Shown here: in pieces, positions 19,171 through 37,479 of the stretch
Layout of the letters: each line of letters opens with the position of its first letter
Numbering within the stretch: position 1 is the first letter of the stretch
Source of the DNA: the human T2T-CHM13v2.0 reference genome, Homo sapiens
DNA: 64,000 bases
Assembly: GCF_009914755.1 (NCBI RefSeq)
Contig: NC_060947.1
Reading direction: 5' to 3' (one strand)
The notes under the pieces: model-generated
What the model was told of the DNA's origin: nothing
The model's database searches: none
The model's input: the letters and a program-made list of their open reading frames with translations, nothing else
Position numbers and translations under genes: made by a program

Positions 19171-21044
19171 CCAATTTAAAGGCTTTCAAAATCATTTCTC
19201 TTAAATTTAAAGTATGTTTTAAATACTAATCTCATTTGCAATAAAGAAAAATTTATCTTAAGTAAATCAATTTCTTCAGCTGCATTAATGTTCCTCTTTG
19301 TCAAAATCAAGCAAAAGAAGCTTAAAATTTTTAAAATTAAAATTATATATAGAGTTTATTTGCATACTATAGCTTATAAACTACTTATGGTTTGTTTATG
19401 TATATATAAATATTATAAATATATATATAAATACATTTTTGGAAAAACATATATTTCCATTTATCTATCCATCAAACCATTCACCCATTCTTTTATCCAT
19501 TTATATCTAGATTTACTTTTATTTGCTTTTCTATCTGTATATTTACATAGATGAGATGTATGACTGAAATATTTCTCACCAACTATTAATGATAGTTATT
19601 TCTAGATGATATTCTGTGCAAAATGTTTACATTTTCCTCTTCATACTCTTCTGTATTGATTGAATGTTTAAATTCTACCCATATATCATTTTCAAAAAAT
19701 GAAGTCATTATTCCTTTAAAAAAAAACAGTGTACTGTACAATGTCATAATACTTTTCAGGTACCATGAACCTCACTTTAAATCATAATCCCAATTCTGTG
19801 GCAGCTTCCACTCAAAGTCATAGAATAAAGGTATCAGCTCTTTAGAACAAAGCAATATGCCATTATAATATCCTTAATTTAAGGAACCTAAAATATTGAG
19901 TGTAGTATAGTTAACTGTATAACTCCAATGCAGTTAAATTAGAATTTCTGATTAAATTCTAAATGGTTGTGCCAAATTCTTAGCTGAGAGAACTGAAATA
20001 TATCTCTATCATAGACAATTCCTTTCCAGGAAAGTTAAATGAAAAGGGGAGATAGAGGAGTCTTTGAATTAAAAAGCTCCAGTAAAGAATACTTTGCTGT
20101 GAATGCAATAATATAACAAGCTAGAACTAGAATCACTAATGAGAAAGTGTATACCAAAATACTGTAAACAAGCAGTACCACTAGCTGAGAGGAAATAATC
20201 TCAAACACAGCTGAGTAGAAAGCAAAATTCAAGTATCTGGGGATATCTGTAAAACAAAGTGTATATATGTGCATATATGATACTAAAAAGCACTACATCA
20301 AGTATATGTTAATTCATTTATTCAGAATTCAAAATGTGTACTACCATTCTAGGGTAAAAATGTTGATTAACAGTGATGACATGAAATCTATCACTTGAAA
20401 TAATAAACAAAATTTATTATCTCCAAATTATGTTACTCATAGATGTTAGACAATCTTAAGCATTTTGCTTAAGATCATAGTGGCATGGAATAGAGCTAAT
20501 GAAATGTGGTAATGCCACCATAGGCCATCAGGTAATAATGTCATTAAAATTACACTAAAAAGGAAACAAAGAAAAACGTGTTTTCTTCATGTGACCAGAT
20601 TTTAATTTTGAGAAATAAACTCTGAAAGCATTTTAAGCCATAAATTAGTCTCAAATGAATAGGAAAAATAACAATTTTTGCTTATATCATGCAGAGAAAG
20701 GCATTCATTTATTATCCAGAAGAAAATTTCATGTGGTGCATTTATAGTTAAACATCTTGAAGCAAATCATCACTTAAATTCACAGTGTCTCCATTGGCCT
20801 TTCATCAAAAGAGAAATATACTTCAAAAGTTTACTTCAATTTGCTCGTTAACTATGATTTCGCCTTTTCTACCCTATAGCATTTGATAACTAGATTTAAA
20901 AGAATATCACACAAACCTTCTTAAAATATTGATAAACATGTTTAGATAAGATGTTTTTCTTATCAACCAACCATATCAGAAAAGAAGAGATAAACTGTTA
21001 GACTTTCTTTCTTGCCCCTAATTATGTGTCAGAAAGGAAAATAA

Positions 21045-21355
<311 letters not shown>

Positions 21356-21359
21356 TCAC

Positions 21360-23112
<1,753 letters not shown>

Positions 23113-24210
23113 TTAAGTATTACTATTATTAATATTATTAATAGTTGCTTTTACAAATTATGTTTTTGTTTTCATGAAATGATATTCATAAAATTTGGTC
23201 AAGTTGTATTTTTCTATTTTCAGTGCTCACCCTCATACAATTATACCATAGCTTCCCCTTTCTGGAGATAATTTTGATTATTCATGTTTTTATTTTCCTT
23301 ATGATCTCCAGGTAATGACTTGTACTTTTGTGGTTTTCTATTACAGGCTTTCAAATTCTGATTTTGAATGAAACAATATACTGTCCTATCTCTTTGCTCT
23401 GCTTAGATCCTATTTTGGATTTTTGCTAACAATATAATCATAGCTTGTGATAGACCTCTTCTGATTGAATCAATGGTATCTTTAACAAAAACTAGATCAT
23501 ATCTAAAGTTTTGGCACTAAATTGACCGTATGCACTTTGAAATATACTTCTGACACAATTTTCTCCATGAAAAAATTAGTTGCCATTGGGATATAATAAA
23601 TTCACTTGATATTTGGGTACAATATTGCTGCTTGATTACACTATTTCACTGTCTTCCTACCATCCATAGTCGGTGCTCTTCCCCTTGAAAGGTGGAGCAT
23701 AAGGTGGTAACCCTCTCTGTTAGTTTATATATTCCATATGCAGAATGGAAATATATATGGTGGAAATATTTGATAATGTTTATACACTAAGTCATTAAAT
23801 TGATGTTTTTAAATAATGAGAGTCAACCTTTTTAAGTCCTCTTATTAACTGCAGCATTTTCAGGGAATTAGTCGGTAAAACTTTAATATAATCTTTTTGA
23901 TTAATTTTATGTATTTTTTTCTAATGAAAGGAAATTGGATGCAATTCTTTAAGTTCACATAATATTTAATATTATAGTTTTGCCTGGAATATTAACTGCC
24001 TTTGGGGGAGATTTTCAGAGATTCGATTTGGTAATCCAAGGGTCCTAGCTGATATTTTAAAAATAAATAAAATTTGCAAATTAATAAGTAGTGTAGATTC
24101 CCATTATCTTATTACATTAGGTCCAATTAAGTAATTTACACAAGGAAAATTAGTCTTGAAGTAACCTGGTCAGGAATACAATAGAGGTAGTCCGGTTCGA
24201 CATTATGTCC

Positions 24211-24508
24211 TTTTTTTTTTTTTTTTTTGAGACGGAGCCTCACCCTGTCGCCCATGCTGGAGTGCAATAACATGATCTCGGCTCACTGCAAACTCCACCT
24301 CCCGGGTTCAAACAATTCTCTTGCCTCAGCCTCCTGAGTAGCTAGGATTACAGGCACCTGCCACCATGCCCAGCTAATTTTTGTATTTTTAGTAGAGACG
24401 GGGTTTGACCATGTTGGCCAGGCTGGTCTCGAACTCCTGACCTCGTGATTCACCCGCCTCAGCCTCCCAAAGTGCCAGGATTACAGGCATGAGCCACCAC
24501 GCCCAGCC
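24211..24508 (-). mobile_element. AluSg-like
   Basis: aggctggtctcgaactcctgacctcgtgat. TSD gacattatgt(c/t)ctt. Confidence 0.9.
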
Positions 24509-25190
24509 TGACATTATGTTCTTAGACACTACAAAATACCACCTTACATTCTTTGTATGTTTGTTAAAATCTTCTCCAATACTCATTGTAAATACTTGAA
24601 AAAAAAAGAAGACAAACCTTTAACTTCTCTTTCTTCCCAAGAAGATGCTAAATTTACTTTATTTTACTCCATAATAGAATGAGAAATATCATAGTCCATA
24701 TGTAATTTATAAATTACTAATCAAGATTTATAGAAAGTAGATAAAATCAACTTGAATTAATTCATATTTCCTTAACCCCTTCTCTAGAATAAAGAATATA
24801 TTCTTTGGTTATTCATTTTTAACATCTAACACACAAGAGAATATATATATTTTTAAAATATGAAATTTTTTGATATGTTGTAATCATTTTGGTATAAGTG
24901 CTACATAGTTTTCAAAAAAGGGGAAAAAACCTTATGCAGTGTTTTATAGTATGACAACCCAGAAAGATCAAGATTGGAAATTCATAAATGTACTATAGCA
25001 CTATTTGTTATTTTTATTAGGTTTATATTTAAATACTTTCATACTAAATGTTGGGTTAATTATTAATCCTTCTACAACTCTAATAATTTTGAGGATTAAA
25101 AGGCAAAATAAAAATCTACTCTAAAAGAAAACTAGAACATAATTATAGGAGAGCATGAACAACTTTATACAAAAATCTTTTAAAACATAC

Positions 25191-25458
25191 AGGCTCACAC
25201 TTGTAATCCCAGCACTTTGCCAAGGCAGGTAGATTGCTTGAGCTCAGGAGTTCGAGACCAGCCTGGGCAACATGGTGAAACCCTGTCTCTACCAAAATAA
25301 AAAAAATTAGCTGGGCGTGGTGGTGCCCCTCTGTGGTCCCAGCTACTCGGGAGGCTGAGGTGGGAGGATCACTTGAGTCTGGGCGGCAAAGGTTGAATGA
25401 GCCAAGACTGTGCCACTGCACTCCAGCCTGGGTGACAGAGTGAGACCCCATCCCGAAA
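25191..25458 (+). mobile_element. AluJb-like
   Basis: gattgcttgagctcagg, cctgggcaacatggtgaaacc and gaggatcacttgag J diagnostics. Confidence 0.88.
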
Positions 25459-26637
25459 TTTTTTTAAAAACATAAATAAAATATAAAACCAATTTTCTAA
25501 AGTATGTAATTTTCCAAAACCAACAGAAAAGAAGCTATGACTAGACATAAAGCTACTTAAAAATCATGTATTTGTACTTTGAAATCTACCCAAAAACAAA
25601 CTAACAACCCACTACACTTCTTTAGGCAGGCATTTTTATAGGTGAATTACATAAAAACTCAAAGATCATGAAAAAATGATGGCATAGATGTTAGCTGGCT
25701 TCACTTTCCCCCAACAGAAAAGCAAAAATGAATATACAGTGCTGAGATTATCACCAGCAATATCCCAAAACTCAAATATAGGTATAGTCAGTTCCCGAAG
25801 TCACAGAGAAGTAAAAAAAAAAAAAAAAAAAAAAACAAAAAAAAAATCCAAGCAGACAGCAAAATAAGCACATTTTCACATCTTCAGTGACCCTCCTCCC
25901 AATTTTCCCAACACCAAGTGCATGGAAAATTTCCTCTGACTCACAGTTTCTCCACTGGAAAAAGTGAGATCAAGGTGGACAACCAGCTTCCTCACCATCT
26001 TGAATATGCTGGAAGGAGATCTATCCCTACCTCAAACCACAGGAAGCATTTGGGAGTACCAGAATTGAGAAATATCCTCGAGGATAGCCAGAGACAAAGA
26101 GGGAAGGCAGGACTGCCATCCCCAACCTTGGAATTTCTGCTCTATAACTTGGCCAGAGGAGATAGTAAATTACAGCAGCTATTCAGCAGCATCATGTTGT
26201 AGGAGGTTTGTTCCACAGGTCCCCTGGGCAGGAACCCCCAAGCCAGCCTTCCCACAACACCACTATATTTTGTTTGGTATGACACTCATTCCATTCAGGA
26301 CAGGCTGCTGCACTCTGTTTACTAGAACCAAGGAAAACCTGGGATTCAAGAGCCATCTAATGCCAAAAAGAAAAAAAAAATAGTAGAAAAATTAAAAAAA
26401 AAAATCAGTAGATAAATTACAAACAATATCTAAGAAAAAATATCTAATAAATACCAAAACAAGACAGACTGGAATAAATAACTAGTCCTTCAATTCAAAG
26501 ACATAGATATACAACCACAAGAAACAACGGCAAACAGGGAACTATGACCTCAACAGATGGAAAGAGCAAGGAATCAGTGACGGACCCTAATGAGATGGCA
26601 ATACGTAAATTATCTAAACAAGAATTAAAAATAGCGG

Positions 26638-27279
26638 GGTTGTTTTAAAATTATACTTTAAGTTCTGGGGTACATGTGCAGAACTTGCAGGTCTGTTACA
26701 TAGGTATACACATGCCATGGTGGTTTGCTACACCCATCAACCCAGCATCTACCTTAGGTATTTCTCCTAACGCTATCCCTCCCCCAGGCCTCCACCCCTC
26801 AACAGGCCCAGGTATGTGATGCACCCCACCCCCCGTGTCCATGTATTCTCATTGTTCAACTCCCACTTATGAGTGAGAACATGCAGCGTTTGGTTTTCTG
26901 TTCTTGTGTTAGTTTGCTGAGAATGATGGTTTCCAACTTCTCCATGTCCCAGCAAAGGACATGAACTCATTCTTTTTTATGGCTGCATAGTATTCGATGG
27001 TGTATATGTGCCACATTTTCTTTATCCAGTCTATCATTGATGGGCATTTGGGATGGTTCCAAGTCTTTGCTATTGTAAACAGTGCCACAATAAACATACG
27101 TGTGCATGTGTCTTTATAGTAGAATGATTTATAATCTTTTGGGTAAGGAATGCTTTTACACCGTTGGTGGGAGTGTAAACTAGTTCAACCATTGTGGATG
27201 ACACTGTGGCGATTCCTCAAGGATCTAGAACTAGAAATACCATTTGACCGAGCAATCCCATTATTGGGTATACACCCAA
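26638..27279 (-). mobile_element. L1PA7/8-like 3' fragment with 5' inversion (twin priming)
   Basis: Antisense 3' end ~26650-27145, sense upstream piece 27146-27279. TSD aaaaatagcgg at 26627-26637 and 27280-27290. Confidence 0.9.
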
Positions 27280-27579
27280 AAAAATAGCGGTTTTAAGGAA
27301 ACTCACTGATTTCCAAGATAACACAAAAAGTAATTCAGAAATTTATCAAATAAATTTAACAGAGATAGAAATAATTTTTAAAAGATCAAACAGAAATCTA
27401 GGAAATTAGATATGCATTTGCTGAACTGAAAATTAGAGGCTTTCAACAGCAGAATGAATCAGGCAGAAAAAAAAATCAGTGAATTTGAAGATAGAATATT
27501 TGAAAGTACAGAGTCAGAGAAGAAAAAGAAAAAAAGAATGAAGAAGTATGAAGAATCGTTAGCTCTTTAAAATAACTTT

Positions 27580-27879
27580 GTGTGTTTGTTTGTTTTTGAG
27601 ACAGGATCTCACTCTGTCACCCAGCCTGGAGTGCAGTGGCATGAACATGGCTCACTGCAGCCTCAACTTCCTGGATTCAAGTGATCCTTCCCCATCAGTC
27701 TTCCCAGTAGCTGGGAGTACAAGCATGTGCCCTGACACTTGGCAAATTTTTTTTTTTTTTTGTAGAGATGGGATCTCGTTGTGTTGCCCAACCTGGTCTC
27801 AAACTCCAGGACTCAAGCAGTCCTCTCACCTCAGTCTCGCGAAGTGCTGGGATTATGGGAGTGAGCCACCACACCCAGC
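27580..27879 (-). mobile_element. AluJ
   Basis: catggctcactgcagcctcaacttcctgg and ttgcccaa J diagnostics. TSD aaaataactt. Confidence 0.88.
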
Positions 27880-29480
27880 AAAATAACTTGTTACATTAAT
27901 AAGATGTTCTCAGTAAGCTTCATGCAAACAAAATGCAAAATCTATGACAGATTTAATAAAAATTAAAACCTACTACCAAAAAAAAAAATCACCTAACCCC
28001 AAAGGAAGACAATATAAAAGGAAAGAAGAAAAAGAAGAACCATAAAACAACCAGAAAACAAGCAACAAAGTGGCAGTAGTAAGTCCTTATTTATCAATAA
28101 TAACGTTGAATGTAAATTTATTTAATTCCCCAATTAAAAGGCATAGAGTGGAAGAATGGGTAAAGGAAAAAGACACAATGGTATGCTTCCTACTAGAAAC
28201 TCACTTGATCTATAAAGAAACACATAGGCTGAAAATAAACAGGTAGAAAAAGGTATTCCTTGCAACTGGAAACCAAAAAAGAGCAGGAGTAGCTATATTA
28301 TATCAGAAAAAAAAAGACTAAAAATCAAAAATTGTAAAGAGATAAAGACTGTCATTATATAAAGACAAAGGGTTCAATTCAGCAAGAGGATATAACAACT
28401 ATAAATGTCTGTATACTCAAAACTGGAGATTCTAAGTATATAAAGCAAACATTAATAGGTCTGAATCAGAGAGACAGGCTTCAATGCAATAATAGTGTGG
28501 CCTTCAATACTCCACTCTGAGTAATAGACTGATCATTCAGACAGAAAATCAACAAAGAAACATTAAAATTAAACTACGCACTAGACCAAATAGTACAAAC
28601 TGACATTTAAGGAACATTTCTCCCAATTGCTGCAGAATACACATTCTTTTTATCAGCATATGGGACATTCTCTAGAATAGACCATACCTTAGGCCACAAA
28701 ACAAGTCTCAACAAATTCAAAAAAGTTGGAATCATATCAAATATATTTTCTGACCACAATGGAATAAAACTAGAAATCAATAATAAGAGGAACTTTGAAA
28801 CAATGCTAACACATAAAAATTGAACAACATGCTCTGAAATGACCAACAGGTCAATGAACAAATCAAGAAGAAAATTTTAAAATGTCTTGAAACAAATAAA
28901 GATGGAAATAAAACATACCAAAATCTGTGAGATACAGCAAAAGCAGGACTAAGAGGGATGTATATAGCAATAAATGCCTATATTAAAAAAGTAGAATGAC
29001 TTCAAATAACCAACCTAACAATGTATCTCAAGGAACTAGCAAACCAAGAAAAAAACAGACCCAAAATTAGCAGAAGAAAAGAAACATTAAAGATCAGAGC
29101 AGAAATAAATACAATTGGAGACTAAAAAATTACAAAAGATTAATGAAATAAAAAGTTGGTTTCTTGAAATAGATAAAGAAAATTCACAAACTTTTAGCTA
29201 GATTAACTAAGAAAAAATAGAGAAGACCCAAATAAATAAAATCAGAAACAAAAAGGGAGACATAACAACTGAGACCATGTTAGCAAGTACAAAGAATCAT
29301 TAGAGACTATTATGAACAACTATATCCCAACAAACTCAAAAACCTAGAAGAAATGTATAAATTCCTGGACACACGCAGCCTACCAATATTGAATCATTAA
29401 GAAATAGAGAACCTGAACAAACCAAAGATGAGTAATGTTATCAAAGCCATAACAAAAAGTCTCCATCAAAGAAAAGCTCA

Positions 29481-31550
<2,070 letters not shown>

Positions 31551-32026
31551 AAAGAAAAGCTCAGGACCTGATGGTTTCACTGCTGAATTCACCAAATAAT
31601 TAAAGAACCACTAATGCCAATTCTACTGAAACTCTTCAAAAGAAATTGAAGAGTGGGGAATACTTCCAAACTCACCAGCATTACACGGATACACAGGATG
31701 AGGACACACACACACACACACACACACACATTCTCTCTCTAAACCTATTGGCCAATACCCCTGATGAACATTGATGCAAAAATCCTCAACAAAATACTAG
31801 CCAACCAAATTCATAATCAGTTGGGATTCATCCCAGGAATATAAGAATAGTCCAACATATGCAACACAGTAAACGTGATACATCACATTAACAGACTCAA
31901 GAACAAAAGCCATATGATTATTCCAATACATGCTGAAAAAGCATTTGACAAAATTCAACATCTCTTTATGATAAAAGCCTTCAACAAACCGGGTATAGAA
32001 GGAAGATACCTCAAAACAATAAAGGC

Positions 32027-32027
32027 A

Positions 32028-32082
<55 letters not shown>
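32027..32082 (+). repeat. (TG)n(TA)n microsatellite inside L1 ORF2
   Basis: Direct reading. Confidence 0.95.
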
Positions 32083-32084
<2 letters not shown>

Positions 32085-33580
32085 CAAACTCCTAGCTAAC
32101 ATCATACTGAATGGGGAAAAATTGAAAGCCTTCCCTCTAAGATCTAGAAAAAGATAAATGTTCCCACTTTAACCACTTTTATTCAACAGAATCCTTGGAG
32201 TCTTACCGAGAGAAATTAGGCAAGGACCACAAATAAGAGGGCATCCAAATTAAAAGGGAAGAAGTCAAAATAGCCTTGTCTGTAGATGGCATTATCTTAT
32301 ATTTAGTAAAACCTAAAGATTCCACCAAAAAACGTTTATAACTGATAAACAAATTCAATAAAGTTTTAGGATACAAAATCAACCAACAAAAATCAGTAGT
32401 ATTTGTATACGTCAACACAAGCAATCTGAATAGGAAATCAAAAAAGCAATCCCATCCACAATAGCTACAAAGAATATAAAATAAATATATAGGAATCAAC
32501 TTAACCAAACATGTGAAAGTTCTACACAAGGAAAATTGTAAAACAGTGGTGCAAGAAATTGAAGAGGACACAGAAACAATGGAAAGATATTCCATGATCA
32601 TTAATTGAAAGCAAAAATATAGTTAAAATGACAATACTACCCAAAGCAGTTTACAGATTAAATGAAATCCTTATCAATATTAATGACACTTTTCACAGAA
32701 TTTCTTTTAAAACCAATTCCAAAATTTATGTGGGGCCACAAAAGATCTCCAAATAGACAAAGTCATCCTGAGCAAAAGGAACAGATCTGGAGGCATCACA
32801 CGGCTTCAAGATATACTGCAAAATTATTTAAAACAAATCAGCATGGTACTGGCATAAAAACAGACACATGGGCCACTGGAACAGAATAGAGAACCCAGAT
32901 ATAAATTCATGCTTTTACAGCTAACTCATTTTTAACAAAGTTGCCAAGAACATACAATAAGTAAAGCACAGTCTCTTCAACAAATGGTGCTGGGAAAACT
33001 GAGTAACCATATACAGAAGAATGATACTAGGCTCTTAACTCTCACCATATACAAACGTCAAATCAAAATGGATTACAGACTTAAACGTAAGACCTAAAAC
33101 TATGAAACTATTCGACAAAAAGATTGGGGAAATGCTTCAGGACATAGATCTATGCAAAGATTTAGGGCTAAGATGTCAAATGCACAGGCAACAAAAGCAA
33201 AAATAGAACAGTGAGATTACATCAAGCTAAAGAGCTTCTGCACAGCAAAGGAAGCAATCAACAAAGTGAAAAGGCAACTCTCAGAATGGGAGAAAATAGT
33301 AACAAACTATTCATCTGAAAAGTGATTAATATACAAAATATACAAGGACTTCAAACAACTCAACTGCAAAACAACAACAACAACAAAACACAAATAATCT
33401 AATCTAATTTTAAAAATGGGCAAAAGAGCTGAATAGACATTTATCAAAAGAAGTTATACAAATGGCCAACAGGTATATGAAAAAATGCTCAATATCACTA
33501 ATTATCAGAGATATGCAAATTAAAACCACAATGAGATATCATGTCACCCAAGTAAAGTTGGGTTTTATAAAATGACAGGG

Positions 33581-33862
33581 AGCTGGACATGGTAGTTAAT
33601 GCCTATAATCCAACATTTTGGGAGGCTGACGTGGGAGAATCACTTGAGCCCAGGAGTTTGAGACCACCTTGGGCAACATAGTGAGAATTTATATCCAAAA
33701 AAATTTAAAAATTAGCCAGGCATGACAGCATGTGCCTGTAGTCTTAGCTCCTTGGGAGGCTGAGGTGGGAGGATTGCTTGAGCCCAGGAGGTCAAGGCTG
33801 AAGTGAGCTATGATCACACTATTGAACTCCAGCACAGGCAACAGACTGAAACCCTATCTCAA
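33581..33862 (+). mobile_element. AluJo-like
   Basis: gggcaacatagtgaga and ggaggattgcttgagcccaggaggtcaaggctg. Confidence 0.88.
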
Positions 33863-33980
33863 TGTGTGTATATATATATATATATATCATATATATATAT
33901 ATGATATATATATATGATATATATATATCATATATATATGATATATATATGATATATATATATCATATATATATATATAT
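33863..33980 (+). repeat. TA-rich compound simple repeat derived from the Alu tail
   Basis: (TA)n interrupted by TGA and TCA units. Confidence 0.92.
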
Positions 33981-34043
33981 TTTAAAAGTAAAAAGACAAG
34001 GAATAATGGATGCTGGCAAGTGTGTGGAGAAAGGGGAATGCAC

Positions 34044-34170
34044 GGCTGAACACAGTGGTGTGCACCTGTAGTCCCAGCTACTGGAGAGGCTAAGGTGAAA
34101 GAATTACTTGAACCCAGGACTTCAAGACCAGCCTAGCCAATATAGCAAGACCCTGTTTCAAAAACAAAAT
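34044..34170 (+). mobile_element. Free Alu monomer (FLAM-like)
   Basis: Single arm ggctgaacacagtggtgtgcacctgtagtcccagctact...aatatagcaagaccctgtttcaaaa. Confidence 0.8.
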
Positions 34171-34680
34171 TTTTAAATAGGGAAATGTTCATATGCTGTT
34201 TGTGGAAATGTAAATTACCACAGTCAATATGGAAAGCTATATGGAGGTTCCTCAAAAAACTAAAAATAGAACTATCATATGATCCAGTAATTCTGCTACT
34301 GGATATATAACCAAAAGAAGGAAATTCGGTATACTGAAGAGACATCTGCACTGCCATGTTTATTGCAGCACTATTCACAGTAGCCAAAATATTGAATTAA
34401 CCTTGGGGTCCATCAATGGATGAGTGGATAAGGAAATCATGGAATATATACACAACAAATTTTTGCTCAGCCATAAAAAGATAAAGTCCTGCCATTTGCA
34501 GCAACATAGATTGAACTGGAAGCCATTATGTTAAGTGAAATAAGCCAAGCACAGAAAGACAAATATCACATATTCTCACTCATACGTGGGAGCTACAAAA
34601 GTGAATCTCATGAAGATAGAGAATAGATTGATTGCTACCAGAGGCCAGGAAGGATAGGAGAGAAGAAAGTATGAGAGAGT

Positions 34681-35344
34681 TTGCTTCTAACCTCCAATCT
34701 GCCCTTGTTCATTCCTGGACATACGTCAAGCTGACTATGGGAGGAATTTATAGTTTACCTTTAAAACAAAAATGATAACAGCCCTTTCCCAAAACAAACC
34801 TCCTCCTTGCTTGGGGATCAAACCTCCTTTGCAAAACTAACAAATTGGCCAGAAGATTAGAAATTATAACTTTGGAGTCATGCAGCCAGGAGACACAGGA
34901 TTCCTAACCTTCCCTTCCCAATTGCTGCTATAGATAAGATCACTAGTAGGAAATCTAAAATTGGTGTTTGAGGTGTTTTTCAGACCCTGCATTTTGATAG
35001 ACCAGCCGGTGCCACCCAGACCAATAAATTGGCTCATCTGGTCCTGTGGCTCCCTTCCAGGAACTGACTCAGTACAAGAAGACAAGCTCCAACTCCCTAT
35101 GATTTCATCCCTGACCCCAAAAATCAGCATTTCCCATACTCTATCCCCCTGCCCACCAAACTATCCTTAAAAGATCCTTGCCTCTGAATTTTCAGGAAGG
35201 CTGATTTGAATAATAGTAAACTCCTGTCCTTCCACTTAGCTGGCTCTGCATTTATTAAACTCTTTCTCTATTACAAAAACCTGATGTTCTCAGTATGTTG
35301 GTTTTTCTGGGCAGTGGGCAAGATAAACCTGTCAGGTGATTACA
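34681..35344 (+). mobile_element. LTR8A/B-like LTR lacking its 5' end
   Basis: Aligns to the 18444-19170 LTR from ~18520 onward and ends gtcaggtgattaca. Confidence 0.88.
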
Positions 35345-35349
35345 TACTT

Positions 35350-36600
35350 TTAAGATATTCTCTTCTTGGTGTTTGAGTTTTATCCCTGCTTTGTGGTCCC
35401 TTTCAATCTGCAAACATATGTCTTTATTTAATTCTAGGGTCCCTTTTTAGAGAAAACTTTCTTCTATTATTAGTTTGATTGTTACCCTCTGTTTGTTTTA
35501 TTAATAGCTTTTTTTAATTCATTCAAATTTACAAACAAATATTGGAACACTTGCATTGATTTTATAAATTTATATTTTCTATCTCAGATATTTTATTCCA
35601 TTATTTTTGCCTGTGCCTCATTTTTTTCTTCCAACTCCTTGATTGACATTTCTTAGTTTGGTATTTATAATTTTTAATTTCCAAGATACCTTTATTCTAT
35701 ATTTGCTTCTTTTTCATAGCAGCCTGCTCTCATTTTATCAGTTGTATTATTTCTTAAATGTTTCCGAGGATAGAATTTTTATCTTTTGTTCTTTAGATTT
35801 TATGTGATTCTTCTAAGAATAATTATTCCATTAGTTCATGTTGGTCCTACCAAAAAGAAAAAAAAATGTTTTTTTCTCAAATACCTACAGATTCTTAGTT
35901 GCTCATTCATATATATGAATTAATGACTAAGTAGCATAGGTTTCCTGTGTGTTTACATATATATGTTTCCTCAATGGTTTCCTTCTCTGAATGAAAGAGA
36001 TCACCATCAGCTCTGTGTATGCAGAGAGAGTATATCATTGACAGACTGCCTTTGCTTTATAGTTTGTAGCTGAAAAGTGAGCAGGCACTCCCACCCCTCA
36101 TTCCAAAATGAGGAGTGTTTTACTGTGAAGTTCCATTCCTGTTAAAATAAGTGGATATTTTTAGGATTCCTGTCTTATTTTTTTTGTAATTTAGATCTCA
36201 TTATAATTGAAGGTTAAATTTCATAACTGCATATAAAGAGGGCCTGACTGGTTAAAGCGCCCCAAAACAGTCATTTTAATAATCATTCCACTTGTTACTC
36301 CTTATACCTGCTTACCCTGAATTTGCAGCCGTTTTATGAAATTCCATCTATTCTGTAGCTTTCTCCTGTGTCTGTACTTGGAAGTAACTTTTGATGTAGT
36401 TTATCCACCAATAAAATGTATGTGCCTTTCCAAATCCAGAAATGCACACATATTTAAATGTGGTAAGGCCTATTCCTCTCATCTTTGGTGCTGTAACAAA
36501 TTTATTACAATTCGTATTCCTTTATTGACATTTTAAATAGGGCATTTGGAAGGAGGGGAGAAAAACACATATGTTCAGCAAAAGCCAATATACATTATTT
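35350..36600 (-). mobile_element. Ancient HAL1/L1ME-like fragment
   Basis: T-rich antisense ORF1-like sequence (ccctttcaatctgcaaac, tttttcatagcagcctgctc). Family uncertain. Confidence 0.45.
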
Positions 36601-37219
36601 TTAGTTTTTATTTTTTTTCCTTTTTCTTTCTTTTTTTAACTTTTATCTTAAGTTCAGGGGTACATGTGCAGGATATGCAGGTTTGTTACATAGGTAAACT
36701 TGTGTCATGGGGGTTTGTTGTACAGATGATTTCATCACCCAGGTATTAAGCCTAGTACCCATTAGTTATTTTTCCTGATCTTCTCCCTTGTTCCATCCTC
36801 CACCCTCCAAAAGGCCCCAGTGTGTGTTGTTGTCCTCTACATGTTCATGTGTTCTCATCATTTAGCTCCCACTTGTAATTGAGAACATGAATTTGATGTT
36901 CTGTTCCTGCATTTGTTTGCTAAGGATAATGGCCTCCAGCTCCATCCATGTCCCTGCAAAAGACATGACCTTGTTCTTTTTTACGGCTGAATAGTATTCC
37001 ATGGTTTATATGTACCACATTTTCTTTATCCAGTCTATTATTCATGGACATTTAGGTTAATTCCATGTCTTTGCTATTGTAAATAGTGCTGCAATGAACA
37101 TATGCATTCATGTGTCTTATAATAGAATTATTTATATGGGGGGGGGTGAGTCTATACCCAGTAATGAGATTGCTGGATCGAATGGTATTTCTGTCTTTAG
37201 GTCTTTGAGGAATTGCCAT
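36600..37219 (-). mobile_element. L1PA13-like 3' fragment
   Basis: ggtaaacttgtgtcatgggggtttgttgtacagatgatttcatcacccaggtattaagcctagtaccc 3' UTR with T-rich tail. Confidence 0.88.
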
Positions 37220-37479
37220 ATTCAATTTCTGGTTATCTACCCATTTTCTTAAAAGATCTATATTATTGTAGATCCTGCCAAGTACTTATAATATATGCTA
37301 GTGAGTGCATTGAAACCTGGCTGATATCTCAAGGATAAAGACAAAGGCAACCAAATTGAAAGATATTTTATGTTACCTTATGCATGTATGTGTAATTTCA
37401 TATTCCTATGAAGAAGTAAAGATAAATATCTCCATATTTGGACTATAAATTTTATTAAGTATAAATAAGATGTATTATT

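Noticed and set aside
20453-20475. 10-bp perfect hairpin atcttaagca-ttt-tgcttaagat, with similar short stems near 18324, 19940 and 23726
   Set aside because: Short stems are expected by chance in AT-rich DNA, and there is no supporting context.
23224-23311. Plus-strand exon-like segment (ttttcag / gtaatg)
   Set aside because: It is isolated, has no partner exons, and the T-rich strand produces acceptor-like motifs readily.
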